This document shows positions 10,020-18,571 of a stretch of 64,000 bases of DNA, in pieces. Each line of letters begins with the position of its first letter. Position 1 is the stretch's first letter. A program made the position numbers and the translations under genes. Origin of the DNA: Alphaproteobacteria bacterium (GTDB taxonomy: Bacteria > Pseudomonadota > Alphaproteobacteria > UBA828); contig CAXXVO010000005.1 in assembly GCA_963422645.2 (NCBI GenBank), forward strand, positions 1-64,000, in the 5' to 3' direction. The notes beneath the pieces were generated by a model. That model was not told the origin of the DNA. It saw nothing but the letters and a program-made list of their open reading frames with translations, and searched no databases.

Positions 10020-11189
10020 TCATGTGTCGTCTCCCGTCATCGGCACGAGTGTCCGCTCTTTGTTTCCCGCGACGATGCGCCTGAACCCGTCGTCCTCGAT
10101 CAGACCCTCGCGATGGGCGCGCGCCGCCGCCGCCGCGAGGTCGTTGCCGGTGGCGGCCAGCGCCGCGCCGATCCTCGCGGGCCAGCTCGCCTGCGGGCTC
10201 TCCAGCAGCGCCGCCTTCAGGCCCGCATCGAAGGCGAGCCACTCGCGGAGCGCGGTGCGGCCTCCCCCGGGGTTGGGGAGCAGCACCTGCGTCACCACCA
10301 GGGTCATGGCATCGATCAGCGCGGCGCCCCGTTCCGCCCGCTCATGCGCGGGAAACTCCGCCAGCATGCGGCGCACCGCGGCCGCCACCCCGATGGTGTG
10401 CGCGGTCGAGAACACGGCGATGCCGTAGTCGGCGGCGCGCACCACCGCCTCGACGGTCTCGCGGTCGCGCGCCTCGCCCACGATCACCGCCGTCGGACGG
10501 CGCCGCAGGCTGGATCTCAGCCCGTCGGCGAAGCTCGCGAAGTGACGCGGGATCTCGGCCGACGACATCAGCGCGCTGTCGGCGGCGATGCCGTCGAACA
10601 CGTACTCGATGGGCGCCTCGTAGGACTGGATGCGCCCGGCGCCCCGCTCCAGCAAGCGCCGGGTGCCGGCGGCGAGCAGGGTCGACTTGCCCGATCCCGG
10701 CACCCCGGTGACCAGCGTGAGCCCCTTGCAGAGGTCCCAGGCCGCCACGATCCCCTCCTCGATCCCGAGCTCGGAGAAGGCGGGCGGCCTGCCGGGCAGC
10801 ACGCGGAGCGTGATGTTGACGGCGAAGCCGGCCGCGCCCTGCACCGGGGCGAGGTTGCAACGGAAGCGCTGCGAGAGGCCGCGCGCCAGCCGGATCGAGT
10901 GCGAGCAGTCGATGGCTCGCCCGGAGCGCAGGATGCCCTCGCCGGTGGCGTCGTAGAGGCGCTCGCAGAGCCGCCCCATGACCACGCCGTCGAGCGAGGC
11001 CGCGGTGGCCCTCTCCAGCCTGCCGTCGATCTCGACGAAGGCCGGGGAGCCGGTCTGGAAGGCGATGTCGGAGGCGCCCCGGCCCGACGCCCACAGCAGG
11101 AACGCGTCGAGCATCTCCGCCGGGAAGCCGTGCGCGGCCTCGGGCCAGAACGCGGTCCGGGTGCTCTGCGTCACGGACGGCGCCGTCAT
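10020..11189 (-). CDS. dotB: DotB/TraJ PilT-like ATPase
   Basis: GASDIAFQTG, Walker A GVPGSGKST, YEAPIEYVF, LRRRP..IVGEARDRET, STAHT; follows dotC. Confidence 0.88.
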   Translation of the reverse strand: MTAPSVTQSTRTAFWPEAAHGFPAEMLDAFLLWASGRGASDIAFQTGSPAFVEIDGRLERATAASLDGVVMGRLCERLYDATGEGILRSGRAIDCSHSIRLARGLSQRFRCNLAPVQGAAGFAVNITLRVLPGRPPAFSELGIEEGIVAAWDLCKGLTLVTGVPGSGKSTLLAAGTRRLLERGAGRIQSYEAPIEYVFDGIAADSALMSSAEIPRHFASFADGLRSSLRRRPTAVIVGEARDRETVEAVVRAADYGIAVFSTAHTIGVAAAVRRMLAEFPAHERAERGAALIDAMTLVVTQVLLPNPGGGRTALREWLAFDAGLKAALLESPQASWPARIGAALAATGNDLAAAAARAHREGLIEDDGFRRIVAGNKERTLVPMTGDDT

Positions 11190-12043
11190 CGGGCGCCTCC
11201 CGCCGGCGGCGCCCAGCGCCCGGCGTCCAGCTCGAAGCGCGCCGCCCGCGCGATCCGGGCCGAGGCCGCGCCGATCCGCACCAACCTCTCGTGGCCCGAG
11301 ACCCCGGCCCGGTCGATCTCGACGGTGGGCGCGGTGACCCGGCCGGCCCGGTGCAGCCGGTGCCAGAGGACGACGCCGGTGAAGGCGCGGTTCAGGCGGT
11401 CGAGGTCGGCGGCGAAGATGTCGTCGGCGAGCGCCCGGCCCTCCGCCCAACCCTCGGCGAGCAGGCGGCGCCAGCGCGCCTCTTCGTCCCCGTCCCTGGG
11501 GAACAGGACCGAGGCCGGCGGCTCGGCGGCTGCCCACGAGCGCCGCAGCCAGTCGCGCCAGCCGGGCACCGCACTCACCAGCCGTGCGGGCTGCACGATC
11601 CTGAGCACGCGCTCGGCGCTCGCCGCTTCCGAGCCCGCCCCATCTCCGGCACGACTGTCCAGCCGGAAGGCGCGGCGGGTCTCCACCACGACCGGCGGCA
11701 GCGCCGTGAACCCGTCCTCGCGCAGCACCAGGTCGCCGAAGCGGTAGATGGCGCTCAGCCTCGCCTCATGCCGGTCCAGCATCTCCCCGATCTCCCAGGC
11801 GCGGCGCGCAAGCCCCGCGCGCGCGCCGAACCCCAGCGCCGCCAGCCGCACGGCCGACGCGCGCTTCCCGGCGGCGAACGGGGACGCCGGCCCGGCCTCC
11901 GGCGCGAAGGTCTGCACGGACGCGAGGTCGGGCGGCGGCTTCGCGGCCGCCGCCACTGCCGGCAGGGGCGGCGGCAGGACCGCGAGCACGGCCGCAAGCC
12001 ACACCGCCGGAAACACGGCCCGGGAGGCGACGCGGCCCATCAC
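11186..12043 (-). CDS. dotC: DotC/TraI family T4BSS protein
   Basis: ALGFGARAGL, IYRF, LPPVV.E, IVQPARLVSAVPGWRDWL, GWAEG..LADDIF motifs. Confidence 0.82.
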   Translation of the reverse strand: MMGRVASRAVFPAVWLAAVLAVLPPPLPAVAAAAKPPPDLASVQTFAPEAGPASPFAAGKRASAVRLAALGFGARAGLARRAWEIGEMLDRHEARLSAIYRFGDLVLREDGFTALPPVVVETRRAFRLDSRAGDGAGSEAASAERVLRIVQPARLVSAVPGWRDWLRRSWAAAEPPASVLFPRDGDEEARWRRLLAEGWAEGRALADDIFAADLDRLNRAFTGVVLWHRLHRAGRVTAPTVEIDRAGVSGHERLVRIGAASARIARAARFELDAGRWAPPAGGAR

Positions 12044-12555
12044 CCGTCCTCTGCCGCCGACCGGGCAGAGTCGGGCCCTGTCCAGTCGAGCAGGACCGTG
12101 AGGCTCGCCGCATCCACGGTGAGCGTCGCAGCGCCGCCCGCGCGCAGACCGAGGTCCCGAAGCACCGCGATCAGCGGCTCTCCGTCCACCTCAACGTCAA
12201 CGATCAGCGGCCGCGCCGGCGCCTGACCCGCTTCCGCGAAGCGATAGCCCGCACGCCCGGCAAGCTCCGCCGCGAGCGTTTCGATGGGACCGGACCAGTC
12301 CATGGTCACGGGTCTCCGCAACGCAGCGGGAACCGCGTCCAGGCCGGGCATTCGCGATGCCGGGTCCGGCTCAGGCAGCGTGCGGGCGAGGGAGGCCAGC
12401 GCCCGTTCCGCCCGCTCCGCCGCCTCGACGAGGCGCATCTCGGCGGGATCGGGCCCCGCCGACTCCACGCTCACCGCCGGAAGCTCGCGCTCCCACGACA
12501 CGCATCCCGCGAGCGCCGCCGCGCCGAGCAGCGGCACGATGCGCGCCGCCCTCAC
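12040..12555 (-). CDS. dotD: DotD/TraH family lipoprotein
   Basis: Lipobox LAGC; VTMDWSGPIE.L...LA..AGY..LRDLG motif. Confidence 0.82.
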   Translation of the reverse strand: MRAARIVPLLGAAALAGCVSWERELPAVSVESAGPDPAEMRLVEAAERAERALASLARTLPEPDPASRMPGLDAVPAALRRPVTMDWSGPIETLAAELAGRAGYRFAEAGQAPARPLIVDVEVDGEPLIAVLRDLGLRAGGAATLTVDAASLTVLLDWTGPDSARSAAEDG

Positions 12556-13862
12556 CAGCCCGCCCCGTCGGCGTCGTCCACCACAAGGTGGCGATTCGCC
12601 GCATAGGCGCGGACGTCCAGCACGCGCCTGGTCGCCGGCCCGCTCAGCAGCAAGTCGGCGGCTTCCAGGAAGCCGCCCCCGAAGACCGCAGCCGCGCCCA
12701 GGCCGTAGTCGCGCTCCGCGTTCCACACCAGCGTCCAGCCGGCGCGCGCGGCCCAGCTCTCCAGCACGCCCCTGAGCGAGCGGTGCTCTTCCGGATCGAC
12801 GGTCCAGCCGCCGCCGCTGTCGGCCGCGCCGGCGGGACCTTCACCCTCTCGCGTCCCAGCGCCGCCGGTGCCCGCGCCCGGCGCCGGGCGGCGCTGGGCT
12901 GTGTCCCAGTAGCGGTGGAAGACGACGGTGCCGTGCCGTGGCCCAAGGGTCTGTGGCCCAAGGGTCTGTGGCCCGAGGGGCTCCGGCTCGGGAGTCTCTG
13001 GCACGAGTGCCTCCGGCCCGAGGGTCTCCCACGACCAGTCGTAGCCGCTGAGCGAGGCCACCCGGTCAAGCAGCCCGCCCAGAGACCCCTCCCAGACCAG
13101 GCGCAGCGGCCGCGGGTCGTCGAGAATCGCCGCGCCGCCTGCGATCCGCGCCGGGCGCTCCTCGACCCGCATCGCCACGCCCGCGATCCCGGACAGCCGC
13201 CTGACCAGGGCCGGGAACGGCAGGGCCTCGGTCTCCTCGACGGACACGACCCGCCCGGCCAGCGAGGGCGGAAGCCCTGCCGGTACGGGCGCAAGCTCGG
13301 TCGCCCGAAGCGCCGGCACGCCGCCCCCGGCCGATACGGCGGGCAGCGGAGCCGCCGTCACGTCCTCCCCGTCCCTCGCCAGGGCGACCCCGAAATTCAT
13401 GCAGAGGAACACCGTTGCGGCGCCGGCGCACATGCCGGGACCCAAAGGCACCAGCCCCTTGCGGAAGGGGCGGCCGCGCTTGCGCTGCACGCAGAAGCGG
13501 TGGACCAGCGCGAGGGCGGAGCCCAGGAGCATGGTCCAGGCGAGGCCCGGCACGCCAAGCAGGAAGCCCAGCGCACCCAGCATCATCGCGTCGCCCGGAT
13601 AGAGCGGCCAGCGCCGCCCGAGCCAGGCCGCGACGCCGATCGGGACCATTACGGCGGCCACCCCGAGCGAGGCGCCGAGCACGCCGGCCGCAAGGCGCGG
13701 CCACGCCCCCTCGGCGCCGCCCGGACCCGCGAAGCGCCACGCCGCCGCCGCTCCGAGCAGCGCCAGCACCATACGCGGATCGACCAGGGCGCGCCGCGCG
13801 TCGTGAACGGCCAGTCCCGCCATCGCCGCCAGCACCGCGCCCGCCAGAATCGCCTCCGTCAT
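12552..13862 (-). CDS. A24 prepilin peptidase fused to periplasmic STN-like and TcpQ domains
   Basis: N-terminal multi-TM part with HD, YPGD and VPLGP motifs. C-terminal WEGSLGGLLDRVA and SLRGVLESWAARAGWTLVW..YAANRHLVV. Confidence 0.72.
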   Translation of the reverse strand: MTEAILAGAVLAAMAGLAVHDARRALVDPRMVLALLGAAAAWRFAGPGGAEGAWPRLAAGVLGASLGVAAVMVPIGVAAWLGRRWPLYPGDAMMLGALGFLLGVPGLAWTMLLGSALALVHRFCVQRKRGRPFRKGLVPLGPGMCAGAATVFLCMNFGVALARDGEDVTAAPLPAVSAGGGVPALRATELAPVPAGLPPSLAGRVVSVEETEALPFPALVRRLSGIAGVAMRVEERPARIAGGAAILDDPRPLRLVWEGSLGGLLDRVASLSGYDWSWETLGPEALVPETPEPEPLGPQTLGPQTLGPRHGTVVFHRYWDTAQRRPAPGAGTGGAGTREGEGPAGAADSGGGWTVDPEEHRSLRGVLESWAARAGWTLVWNAERDYGLGAAAVFGGGFLEAADLLLSGPATRRVLDVRAYAANRHLVVDDADGAGW

Positions 13863-14251
13863 CGCTCCCCGTCCTTCCCCTGTCCGTGGTCCGCCGCCTC
13901 CGCCGCGCCCGTGCCGAAGGTGGCCGGCAGCACCCGGCACCAGATCTCGACTTCCGGCTCGGCGCAGAGCCTTGCGGACAGCACCGCCGGTCCGGCGCCG
14001 CTGTCCGGCCCGAGGGTCTCGGCGCGCTCGCGGTTCCAGGCCAGCAGCGCGGCCTGGGCGCGGGCGATGCCCTTCAGCACCGCCACCTCCGCCTGCAGCC
14101 GCTCCATCTCCATGAACGCCCGTTCCAGGTCCCAGGCCGCGCTCTCCGGCCCGGGGGTCTCCTGCACGAGTGTTTCCCCAACCCGCTCCTGCGCGACCGC
14201 CGGCACGGCCGTCATCGAGACGAGAAGCATCGCGAGCACCCGCGCGCGCAT
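13859..14251 (-). CDS. hypothetical secreted coiled-coil protein
   Basis: Signal peptide MRARVLAMLLVSMTAVPAVAQ; its stop overlaps the downstream start codon. Confidence 0.55.
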   Translation of the reverse strand: MRARVLAMLLVSMTAVPAVAQERVGETLVQETPGPESAAWDLERAFMEMERLQAEVAVLKGIARAQAALLAWNRERAETLGPDSGAGPAVLSARLCAEPEVEIWCRVLPATFGTGAAEAADHGQGKDGER

Positions 14252-14265
14252 CTCCGGCACGAGTG

Positions 14266-15381
14266 TCACCGGCACCCCTGGCAGCGTCCGACGACGAGAC
14301 GCGAGATGCCGGCGCTGTCGGCGTCGAGCCTGACGCCAAAGCGCATGCGCGCGGCGTTGGCGGTCGATGCGGACACCGTTCCCGCCGTCATCGTCCGCGC
14401 CGTCACCGAGGCGGCGTCGAGGCCGCCCAGACGCGCGCTGCCGGCGGCGACCGCGCCCGCCGCCCCGATCGAGCCCGCTTCGACCAGGCCCGCCGCCTCC
14501 ACGGTTCGCGCTCGCACCACGCCCGCCGCGGTGATCGAATCGCCGGTGACCGCGCCCTGGATGCGCGCGGCCCCGGCCGTCATCCGATCCGCCGCCTCGA
14601 CCGCGCCCGCCACCCGCATCGCGCGTCCCACCACGAGATCGCCCGTCACCGTGAGGTCGCCGCCGGCCTCCACGTCCGTCGCCACCTCCAGCCTCGCCGC
14701 CTCGACGGTGCCCGCGCCCTCGATGGCGTTGCCGCCCATGTCGAGATCGGCCTCCATGCGGTTGGCATCTGCGAAGCCGGGGATCGCGACCCGGTAGAGC
14801 GCGTCGCCGAAGACCCCGCCGTGGTCGAAGCGCCGGAGCGCCGCCAGGGCGCCCTCTTGCGGCGCGCCCGCGAAGGCGGCCCGGAAGGCGCCCAGGTCGG
14901 CGTCCACGGTGGGTCCCGAGAGCCGGGCCTGGCCGGCGAGGCCGATGCGGGGCCCGGTGGCCTCCAGCAGGGCCGCCGCCGGGCGCACCGTGTCGCCGGG
15001 GCGCACGGTCTCGGTCACCAGCAGGTCGAAGGCGTCCGCCCCCGCCGCCAGCATCAGCACCCGGTAGCCGCGCCCGAGCGCGCCAATCTCCGAGAACTCC
15101 CGCGGCAGCGCGCCGGCTGCTTTCAGGCCCGCCACGGTGAGCTCGGCCGGCCCGCCCTGCGCCTGCCCCAACAAAGCGGGGAAGCGGCTGTTCGCGTGCG
15201 CGGATGCAGCCTCCGCGAGCACCGCGAGCTGCACCGCCGCCAGGTGCCCGCGCCGCTCCAGCGCCCGGGTCTCGAAGAAGACCGTGGCACCCAGCACCAG
15301 CATGCCGAGCAGTCCCAGCGCCAGAAGCGCCCCGAAGACACTCAGTCCGCGCCCGAGCCGCAGGCTCCGTTTCCGCCTCAC
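14266..15381 (-). CDS. PilV-like type IVb minor pilin/adhesin (copy 1)
   Basis: Class III-like signal GRG/LSVFG, LKAAGALP, LYRVAIPGFADANRMEADLDMGGNAI PilV pattern, beta-repeat tail ending CQGC. Confidence 0.78.
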   Translation of the reverse strand: MRRKRSLRLGRGLSVFGALLALGLLGMLVLGATVFFETRALERRGHLAAVQLAVLAEAASAHANSRFPALLGQAQGGPAELTVAGLKAAGALPREFSEIGALGRGYRVLMLAAGADAFDLLVTETVRPGDTVRPAAALLEATGPRIGLAGQARLSGPTVDADLGAFRAAFAGAPQEGALAALRRFDHGGVFGDALYRVAIPGFADANRMEADLDMGGNAIEGAGTVEAARLEVATDVEAGGDLTVTGDLVVGRAMRVAGAVEAADRMTAGAARIQGAVTGDSITAAGVVRARTVEAAGLVEAGSIGAAGAVAAGSARLGGLDAASVTARTMTAGTVSASTANAARMRFGVRLDADSAGISRLVVGRCQGCR

Positions 15382-15421
15382 TCCCCGGCCCGGACGCAGG
15401 CTGAGGCCCCGGCCTCGTTCC

Positions 15422-15521
15422 GGGGATTATATCCAATGGTTGACGTGTTCTGCATGTAGTGCATCAAGCGTTTTTGAAACTACTACATGATGTAGTTGGT
15501 CAACCATGAGTTATAATCCCC
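15422..15521. mobile_element. 100-bp MITE with terminal inverted repeats and 8-bp target duplication
   Basis: GGGGATTATAnnnnATGGTTGAC ... GTCAACCATnnnnTATAATCCCC, flanked by CTCGTTCC at 15414-15421 and 15522-15529. Confidence 0.85.
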
Positions 15522-15583
15522 CTCGTTCCCGGTTCGACGACCGCCGGTGGAGCATGCATGTCAGTGTGCCTCGCATGGCGCCC

Positions 15584-16846
15584 TCACTCGCCCTCGCAGC
15601 CGGCACAGCTGCCGACGGTGAGAACCCCGATCGTGGCGTCGGGGCCGTAGACCCCGCCCGCCGCGCCTCGCGCGGCTCCCAGCGCGCCCGAGACACTCAG
15701 CCGCTCCCCGGCCAGGCCGTCCGCCGCCGCGGCGCCGTCCACCGCCACCGACAGCGACGCCGCGTCGAGGACGCCCGCCGTGCGCATGGCGCCGGCCTCC
15801 AGCCTTTCCGTGGCCTTCACCCGGCCTGCCTTCAGCCGGTCCGTCAGCGCGGCTCCCACCACGAGCTCGGCGGCGACGTCCAGGGCAGGAGCCGCGACGT
15901 CGCCGGCCTCGACCGTCGCCGCCTCTGCGTTCCCCGCTTCCGCCTGTCCGCCGATCCCGGCATTGCCGCCGACCGCGATGTCGGTTCCGGTCTCCACGTC
16001 CTCCGCCGCCACGTCGCCGGCGTCCTCGACGTCCCGCCGCGCCGGGTCCGCCGGGTCCGTCGCGCCGGGCGGGGCCATCGCGAGCGTCGTCTCCATGCGG
16101 TTGAGCCAGGGCCGTCCGGGCTGGGCGCGGCGATGCAGCGCGCGCTCCCGGTAGCGCAGACCCAGATCGGCGGTGACCCACAACGCGTCGCCGGCGAGGG
16201 GACGCCCGAGCGCGGCCTCGACCGCCAGCCGGTGCGCTTCCATGAGCGTGCCGCCGCCCGGCGCCAATGCAGCGAGGCCCGCGTCCAGCGCGCCCGCACG
16301 CATCGCCGTCGGCCGCGACGGGGCGCCGGGTTCCAGCACTCCAAAGGCCATCGGCACGCCCCGCGCGGTCTCGTCCGGGATCACGCCGAGCGTCATCGCC
16401 GCATCGCGCCCGGGACGCCCGGGCAGGTCCGGCGGAGCGGCGCCGAGCGCGCGCAGCCGCGCCACGGTGAGCAGGATGCCGAGCTGCGTCTCGAGCGCCG
16501 TCTCGAAGGCGTCGGCGTGCGCCTGGGTCGCCCGGTGCGCCGCCTGCACCCACCCGGCGAACACGCGTCCGGCGGCCCGGTCGAGAGCCACCGCCCTCTC
16601 CACCGCCCGCGCCTCGTAGTGGACGGCGAGCGCCGCGCCCGCCAGCGAGGCCAGCAGCAGAACGCCCAGCAGCGCGCCGGCGCCGCGCCGGTCACTACCG
16701 CGCCGGGAGACCCTCGTGCCGGAGAACGGCCGGAGCCTCATGAGCCACAGCGGGAGGCGCCGGAACAGGGGAACTCCCTGGTAGACGCCACGCCGGCGCT
16801 TCGCCATGCGGGGATTGCGCTCCCGTTTGTCGGTCTTCCTGCTCAT
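15584..16846 (-). CDS. PilV-like type IVb minor pilin/adhesin (copy 2)
   Basis: Hydrophobic N-terminal helix after RRG, LHRRAQPGRPWLNRMETTLAM PilV pattern, C-terminal CAGC; start position uncertain. Confidence 0.72.
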   Translation of the reverse strand: MSRKTDKRERNPRMAKRRRGVYQGVPLFRRLPLWLMRLRPFSGTRVSRRGSDRRGAGALLGVLLLASLAGAALAVHYEARAVERAVALDRAAGRVFAGWVQAAHRATQAHADAFETALETQLGILLTVARLRALGAAPPDLPGRPGRDAAMTLGVIPDETARGVPMAFGVLEPGAPSRPTAMRAGALDAGLAALAPGGGTLMEAHRLAVEAALGRPLAGDALWVTADLGLRYRERALHRRAQPGRPWLNRMETTLAMAPPGATDPADPARRDVEDAGDVAAEDVETGTDIAVGGNAGIGGQAEAGNAEAATVEAGDVAAPALDVAAELVVGAALTDRLKAGRVKATERLEAGAMRTAGVLDAASLSVAVDGAAAADGLAGERLSVSGALGAARGAAGGVYGPDATIGVLTVGSCAGCEGE

Positions 16847-16856
16847 CCCGATGAAC

Positions 16857-17495
16857 TCATCCGAAGGTGAACCCGATGTCGTTGGCCGCGTCGCCGTCGT
16901 CGCAGTTGGCCGTCACCTGGGCGTTGGTGACGGGCGAGGCGAGCGTGGTGCCGTTGATCCTCATCTGCACGAGGCCCGCGCGGGCGCGGCTGCGCCCGGC
17001 AAAGGCGTCGCCCAGCGCCGCGCAGATGGCGTCGTCGACATCCTCGAAGGTGATGCGGAAACGGTTGGTGACGCCGCCCGGCCCGCCCATCACCGTCACC
17101 GCGCCGCCGAAGGGGTGGCGGATCGAGACGCTGCTTCCCGACACCACCCGGGCGCCGCCGGGAATGCCTCCCCGGCGGTCGATGGCGGGCACAAGGTCCG
17201 CCTTGTTGCCGTAGCTGGGCGCGCCCGCGAAGGCCGCCTCGACGTTGGCCCGGAGCTGGCTGAGCAGCGTCAGCGCGGCAGAGCGGTTGGCGGCTTCCCG
17301 CCCCGCGTTGTAGGTGCCGACGGCGCCCACGATCACCACCGCGGCCAATCCAAGCCCGAGCAGGACGCCGAACAGGCTGAAGCCCCTGCGGTAGCGCCTG
17401 GCGGCGTAGCGCCGCATGAGGCGGCGTGTGCCGCGTCCGGCGCCGCCGGAAGGGGGAAGGGGGCCGGAGGGTCCGAAACCTGCGGTTTCTCTCAT
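16857..17495 (-). CDS. pilS: type IVb major pilin (PilS-like)
   Basis: Long basic leader, RRG/FSLFG cleavage site, HPFGGAVTV, F.ITF..V....C and a C-terminal Cys; RBS AAAGGAG. Confidence 0.82.
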   Translation of the reverse strand: MRETAGFGPSGPLPPSGGAGRGTRRLMRRYAARRYRRGFSLFGVLLGLGLAAVVIVGAVGTYNAGREAANRSAALTLLSQLRANVEAAFAGAPSYGNKADLVPAIDRRGGIPGGARVVSGSSVSIRHPFGGAVTVMGGPGGVTNRFRITFEDVDDAICAALGDAFAGRSRARAGLVQMRINGTTLASPVTNAQVTANCDDGDAANDIGFTFG

Positions 17496-17515
17496 CGTCT
17501 CTCCTTTCGCGTGGA

Positions 17516-18571
17516 TCAAGACCGTCCGGCCTGTTGCAGGATCGAGAACATGGCGTCGATGCCGGCAGCGACGCTGAGCGTGACCAGGATCAGGAGCGCC
17601 GCGTTCAGGCCGGCGGCGCGGGTTCGGAGCAGGTCCTCGGAGCGGTCCACCCAGCGCGCGACGAAGCCCGAGAGCTTCGCCTCCCAGCCGGGCACGCCGT
17701 CGAGCGCGGCCACCACCGGCACCAGCGAGGGGTCGGGGAAGCCGTGGCCGGTCAGCGTCATGGCGCGGCCGAGACCGGCGCCGCGGACCATGTGGTGCTG
17801 GATCGCGCCGATGCGGTGGCGGGCATAGGGTCCGGCGCGGCGCTTGAGGTCCTCGAAGGCGCGGTCGTTGAGGTCGAGGCCGGCGCCCAGGTACTCCAGC
17901 ACCACGAACAGGAAGGCCGAGCCGGTGACGGTGCGGTAGAGAGAGAAGGGGGCGATGCGGTCGAGCGCCGTCCGCCCCGGCCCGGTCCAGAGCACCATGG
18001 CGGCGCCCACCGGGGCCGCCACCGCCACGCACATCGGCGCAAACCCCAGCGGGTGCGCGAAGAGCCAGGACGAGGCGGCGCGGAACACCCCGGCTGCCGG
18101 CCCCCAGCGCTCGGGCGGCACCACGCCCTCCAGCACGTGCACGAACCAGCCGCCCGCCGCCCACAGCATGCTCACCACCGCCACGCCGAGAAGCAGCGGC
18201 ATGGCGAGCGCCTTCCTCACCGCCGCCATCTGGCGCTCGCGCAGCTCGGCCACGCGGGCGGCGGCGGCGAACAGCCGCCCCGCCTCCACCCGGCCATAGG
18301 CCTCGAATATCATCGCCTCGGCCGCCGGCACCGACGCCGCCATCGACTCGGCGAAGCGGCCGGCCGGCAGCGCCGCCCGCCAGGACCCGATCAGGCGGGC
18401 ACGGGCGCCGCGCCCGGCGAGCGCCCGCGCGGTCACGTCGAGCGCCCGCTCGAGCTCGAACCCTGCCTCCAGCAGGTCGGCCACGGTCTGGAAGCAGTCC
18501 ACGCGCGCCTTCCGTCCCATGACGAGCACGGCGTGGAGGCGGCGGAGCGGCGCGGCCAGCCGGGCGATCAC
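17516..18571 (-). CDS. pilR: type IV pilus inner-membrane platform protein (PilR/GspF family)
   Basis: ADLLEAG..LERAL, two GspF-like repeats with TM segments, GLGRAMTLTGHGFPD. Confidence 0.8.
   Translation of the reverse strand: MIARLAAPLRRLHAVLVMGRKARVDCFQTVADLLEAGFELERALDVTARALAGRGARARLIGSWRAALPAGRFAESMAASVPAAEAMIFEAYGRVEAGRLFAAAARVAELRERQMAAVRKALAMPLLLGVAVVSMLWAAGGWFVHVLEGVVPPERWGPAAGVFRAASSWLFAHPLGFAPMCVAVAAPVGAAMVLWTGPGRTALDRIAPFSLYRTVTGSAFLFVVLEYLGAGLDLNDRAFEDLKRRAGPYARHRIGAIQHHMVRGAGLGRAMTLTGHGFPDPSLVPVVAALDGVPGWEAKLSGFVARWVDRSEDLLRTRAAGLNAALLILVTLSVAAGIDAMFSILQQAGRS

Noticed and set aside
14266-16846. Shufflon at the pilV-like genes
   Set aside because: No rci recombinase, no series of alternative C-terminal cassettes and no sfx-like repeats were seen. 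The intergenic inverted repeat is better explained as a MITE.
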